The notes below the pieces were generated by a model that searched no databases, was not told where the DNA came from, and worked only from the letters and a program-made list of their open reading frames with translations. Shown here piece by piece: positions 63,171 to 64,000 of a DNA stretch of 64,000 nt. This DNA comes from Vicugna vicugna. Taxonomy: Eukaryota. A program made the position numbers and the translations under genes. Where the stretch lies: positions 1-64,000 of the forward strand of contig MU061560.1 of the NCBI GenBank assembly GCA_013265495.1. Direction: 5' to 3'. Within the stretch, counting starts at the first letter, position 1. Each line of letters opens with the position of its first letter.

Positions 63171-63872
63171 GACCCAGTAATCCCACTCCTGGGCATATAT
63201 CCAGAAAGAACCCTATTTCAAAAAGACACCTGCACCCCAATGTTCATAGCAGCACTATTTACAATAGCCAAGACATGGAAACAGCCTAAATGTCCATCAA
63301 CAGATGACTGGATAAAGAAAATGTGGTATATTTATACAATGGAATACTACTCAGCCATAAAAATGACAACATAATGCCACTTGCAGCAACATGGATGTCC
63401 CTGGAGAATGTCACTCTAAGAGAAGTAAGCCAGAAAGAAAGAAAAATACCATATGAGATCGCTCCTATGTGGAATCTTAAAAAAAAAAAAAAGGAAAAGA
63501 AAAGAACATAAATACAAAATAGAAACAGACTCATAGACATAGAATACAAACTTGTAGTTTGCTAAGGGGGTGGGGGGTAGGAAGGGACAGATTGGGATTT
63601 CAAAATTTGTAGATACTGACAGGCATATGCAGAATAGACAAGTAAGATTATACTGTACAGCACAGGGAAATATATATAAGATCTTGTGGTAGCTCACAGT
63701 GGAAAAAAAAAGTGACAATGAATATATGCATGTTCATGTATAACTGCAAAATTGTGCTCTACACTGGAATTTGACACAACATGGTAAAATGACTAAAACT
63801 CAATTTTAAAAAGAAGAAAAAAAAAGGAATGAAAGAAAGAAACGAAAGAGAAAGAGAGAAAGAGAGAAAGAA

Positions 63873-63904
<32 letters not shown>

Positions 63905-63950
63905 AGAGAGAAAGAAAGAGAAAGAAAGAGGAAGGAAGGAAGGAAGGAAG
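63171..63950 (+). mobile_element. young L1 3' insertion with GA-rich tail
   Basis: TSD GAAAAAGCTTGCT (63158-63170 / 63951-63963). Well-preserved 3'UTR. Confidence 0.95.
63808..63950 (+). repeat. compound (GAAA/GA/GGAA)n purine tract derived from the L1 tail
   Basis: Lies between the L1 3' end and the TSD. Confidence 0.92.
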
Positions 63951-64000
63951 GAAAAAGCTTGCTAGACCCCTCCCCTGGACAAAGGACAGGAACCATATTA

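Larger units (their letters stand above)
62856..63971 (+). mobile_element. MER58B-like hAT MITE split by L1
   Basis: ATAAAGTTTTATTGGTACAG, GGCAGAGCTGAGTAGTTACAGCAGAGA and AAGCCTAAAATATTTATTATCTGG. The terminal GACCCCT lies after the L1. Confidence 0.85.

Overview
Repeat-dense, apparently intergenic or intronic mammalian DNA, very probably from a camelid (alpaca, llama or camel), judged by five copies of a tRNA-Ala-like SINE matching the Tylopoda vic-1 family. I found no intact host protein-coding gene, RNA gene or CRISPR array. Nearly all ORFs in the track are chance frames or L1 remnants. The window is a layered record of transposition: old L2, MIR, MLT1/MLT2, LTR16 and L1M elements; a decayed hAT-Charlie transposase at about 5.2-6.7 kb; MER58 and MER81 MITEs; many ERV1-type solo LTRs, including four copies of one family with 4-bp TSDs; a truncated ERV with an open env-TM remnant; and younger L1 3' fragments with clear TSDs. 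The most unusual signals concern L1 mechanics: (1) two independent insertions share a chimeric 3' end, (2) three insertions are 5'-truncated at almost the same nucleotide, (3) a tail-less internal L1 endonuclease fragment is flanked by a 10-bp direct repeat, and (4) one L1 has a twin-priming inversion. Subfamily names come from my recall of consensus sequences and need RepeatMasker/Dfam confirmation. Boundaries of old elements are approximate. I found no evidence for a novel multi-gene system.
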